From Candidatus Dojkabacteria bacterium (GTDB lineage: Bacteria > Patescibacteriota > Dojkabacteria > JAOAGR01), in assembly GCA_026415655.1 (NCBI GenBank), contig JAOAGR010000004.1, forward strand, positions 134,773 through 198,772: a DNA stretch of 64,000 nt, in the 5' to 3' direction. Numbering within the stretch: position 1 is the first letter of the stretch; every line of letters starts with the position of its first letter. This document shows, piece after piece, positions 63,131 through 64,000 of this stretch. Below the pieces are notes generated by a model. The model ran no database searches and had not been told where the DNA came from. It saw nothing but the letters and a program-made list of their open reading frames with translations. The position numbers and the translations under genes were made by a program.

Positions 63131-64000
63131 TTTTGTTTATTTAATCTCTTTTGATTCAAAAATGCAAATATTTCATCGTAATTATCAATATTTTCTAAAA
63201 TAACATCAGACACACCTAGATTACTAGTACTTATATATATCGTACCAGTTTTAAATATCCTGTCAAATACACTCTGATTAATATTGACATAAGTTATATT
63301 TTTATATGGAAGTATTGTCGTACGTTTTATAATAATTCCATGTTTTATTATTAAGTAGTTATCTGTGAAAATATATTTAGTGAACAATGCGAATATCAAA
63401 TTGTACAAATAAAGAGGCAAAATTATGATTTCGAATATTCTAAATGTTGAGAACGATAACAGATTAGGTGATGCGTCATATAGTGGGGGTTCATCTGCTC
63501 TGACAAGTAGTAGTTGTTCTATTATTTGATTAATATTTGCGGGAAATGGTATTGAAGTAGATTTTTGTATGATTGTTCTTTGCTCTTTTCCTTCGGAATC
63601 TTTTGTAATAGCAATATCCGCGCCAAAGTAATTGACATTAGCATTTACATAACCAAGTATAGGGTATTTGATAAATTCTATAGATTTTATAAAAACTCTT
63701 TTTGAATAAACTATATTAGAAATTAATTTTGTATCTAATAAATTTATTAAGAAATCTGGTGAGTAGAATACTTTCATGAAAGTAGAATATATGGCAGTGT
63801 TAGTGAAGACAATTATTGTTGAAATTATTGTACCGATACCGAAAAGTGATAGTGCAACAATACGATAAGGTTCACCTATAAATGCCAATATTTGTTTGTC
63901 AAAATTAAAAAATACAATTATTTGCCAGATACCAAAAATAACTACAACAGCAATCAGTAGCCTTGATAGATTAAGTATGTAGATTATGAATGTTTTTATT
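63106..64000 (-). CDS. Membrane protein with bPH_2 (YdbS/YdbT-like) domains. It is partial and continues beyond the window end
   Basis: bPH_2-like segment LPYKNITYVNINQSVFDRIFKTGTIYIST. The frame stays open upstream of the listed TTG start, through to position 64000. Confidence 0.55.
   Translation of the reverse strand, partial: IKTFIIYILNLSRLLIAVVVIFGIWQIIVFFNFDKQILAFIGEPYRIVALSLFGIGTIISTIIVFTNTAIYSTFMKVFYSPDFLINLLDTKLISNIVYSKRVFIKSIEFIKYPILGYVNANVNYFGADIAITKDSEGKEQRTIIQKSTSIPFPANINQIIEQLLLVRADEPPLYDASPNLLSFSTFRIFEIIILPLYLYNLIFALFTKYIFTDNYLIIKHGIIIKRTTILPYKNITYVNINQSVFDRIFKTGTIYISTSNLGVSDVILENIDNYDEIFAFLNQKRLNKQKWTDFIIF

Overview
This is a 64-kb chromosomal fragment from a low-GC bacterium (about 30% GC). 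It uses the standard genetic code: TGA is a stop, seen in the caATGAcc overlap between hsdR and hsdM. The 16S gene carries non-canonical 515F/806R primer-site bases, and the genome looks compact, which suggests Candidate Phyla Radiation/Patescibacteria. Main content in order: (1) defence island 1, a type I restriction-modification operon hsdR-hsdM-hsdS followed directly by a Gabija-like pair (an OLD-family ATPase/Toprim nuclease plus a UvrD-like helicase), with several unknown ORFs on either side. (2) Housekeeping genes: a frameshifted Ca2+/Na+ antiporter, mfd, a GH18-like hydrolase, a prepilin peptidase, an epimerase, and an Ate/Bpt-like transferase. (3) Defence island 2 (22.3-33.1 kb), my top candidate for an undescribed system. 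It contains an AT-rich leader with GGTTAACC-core palindromes and iterons, a PLD-SNF2 helicase fusion, and a large PglX/DrmMI/MmeI-family N6-adenine methyltransferase. The methyltransferase gene is interrupted by an in-frame amber codon, truncated by a C7 homopolymer frameshift, and carries a roughly 570-aa in-frame insertion. The insertion contains an IS200/RAYT-like HUH domain (catalytic Tyr apparently changed to Phe) and tandem coding repeats. The island also holds a convergent 482-aa unknown protein and ends at the 3' end of tRNA-Gln. (4) A glycosyltransferase and cell-surface cluster, including a DUF2298/YYY-motif large membrane protein and a Thr/Gly-rich secreted protein, with rpsP and a KH-domain gene. 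(5) M50 protease, 16S rRNA-tRNAIle-tRNAAla with no linked 23S, a csoR-copZ-like-copA copper operon, tRNA-Ala(CGC), mscS, a split polA (5'-3' exonuclease gene plus a Klenow-like gene), a PrcB-like gene and a bPH-domain membrane protein. No CRISPR array, integrase or reverse transcriptase was seen.
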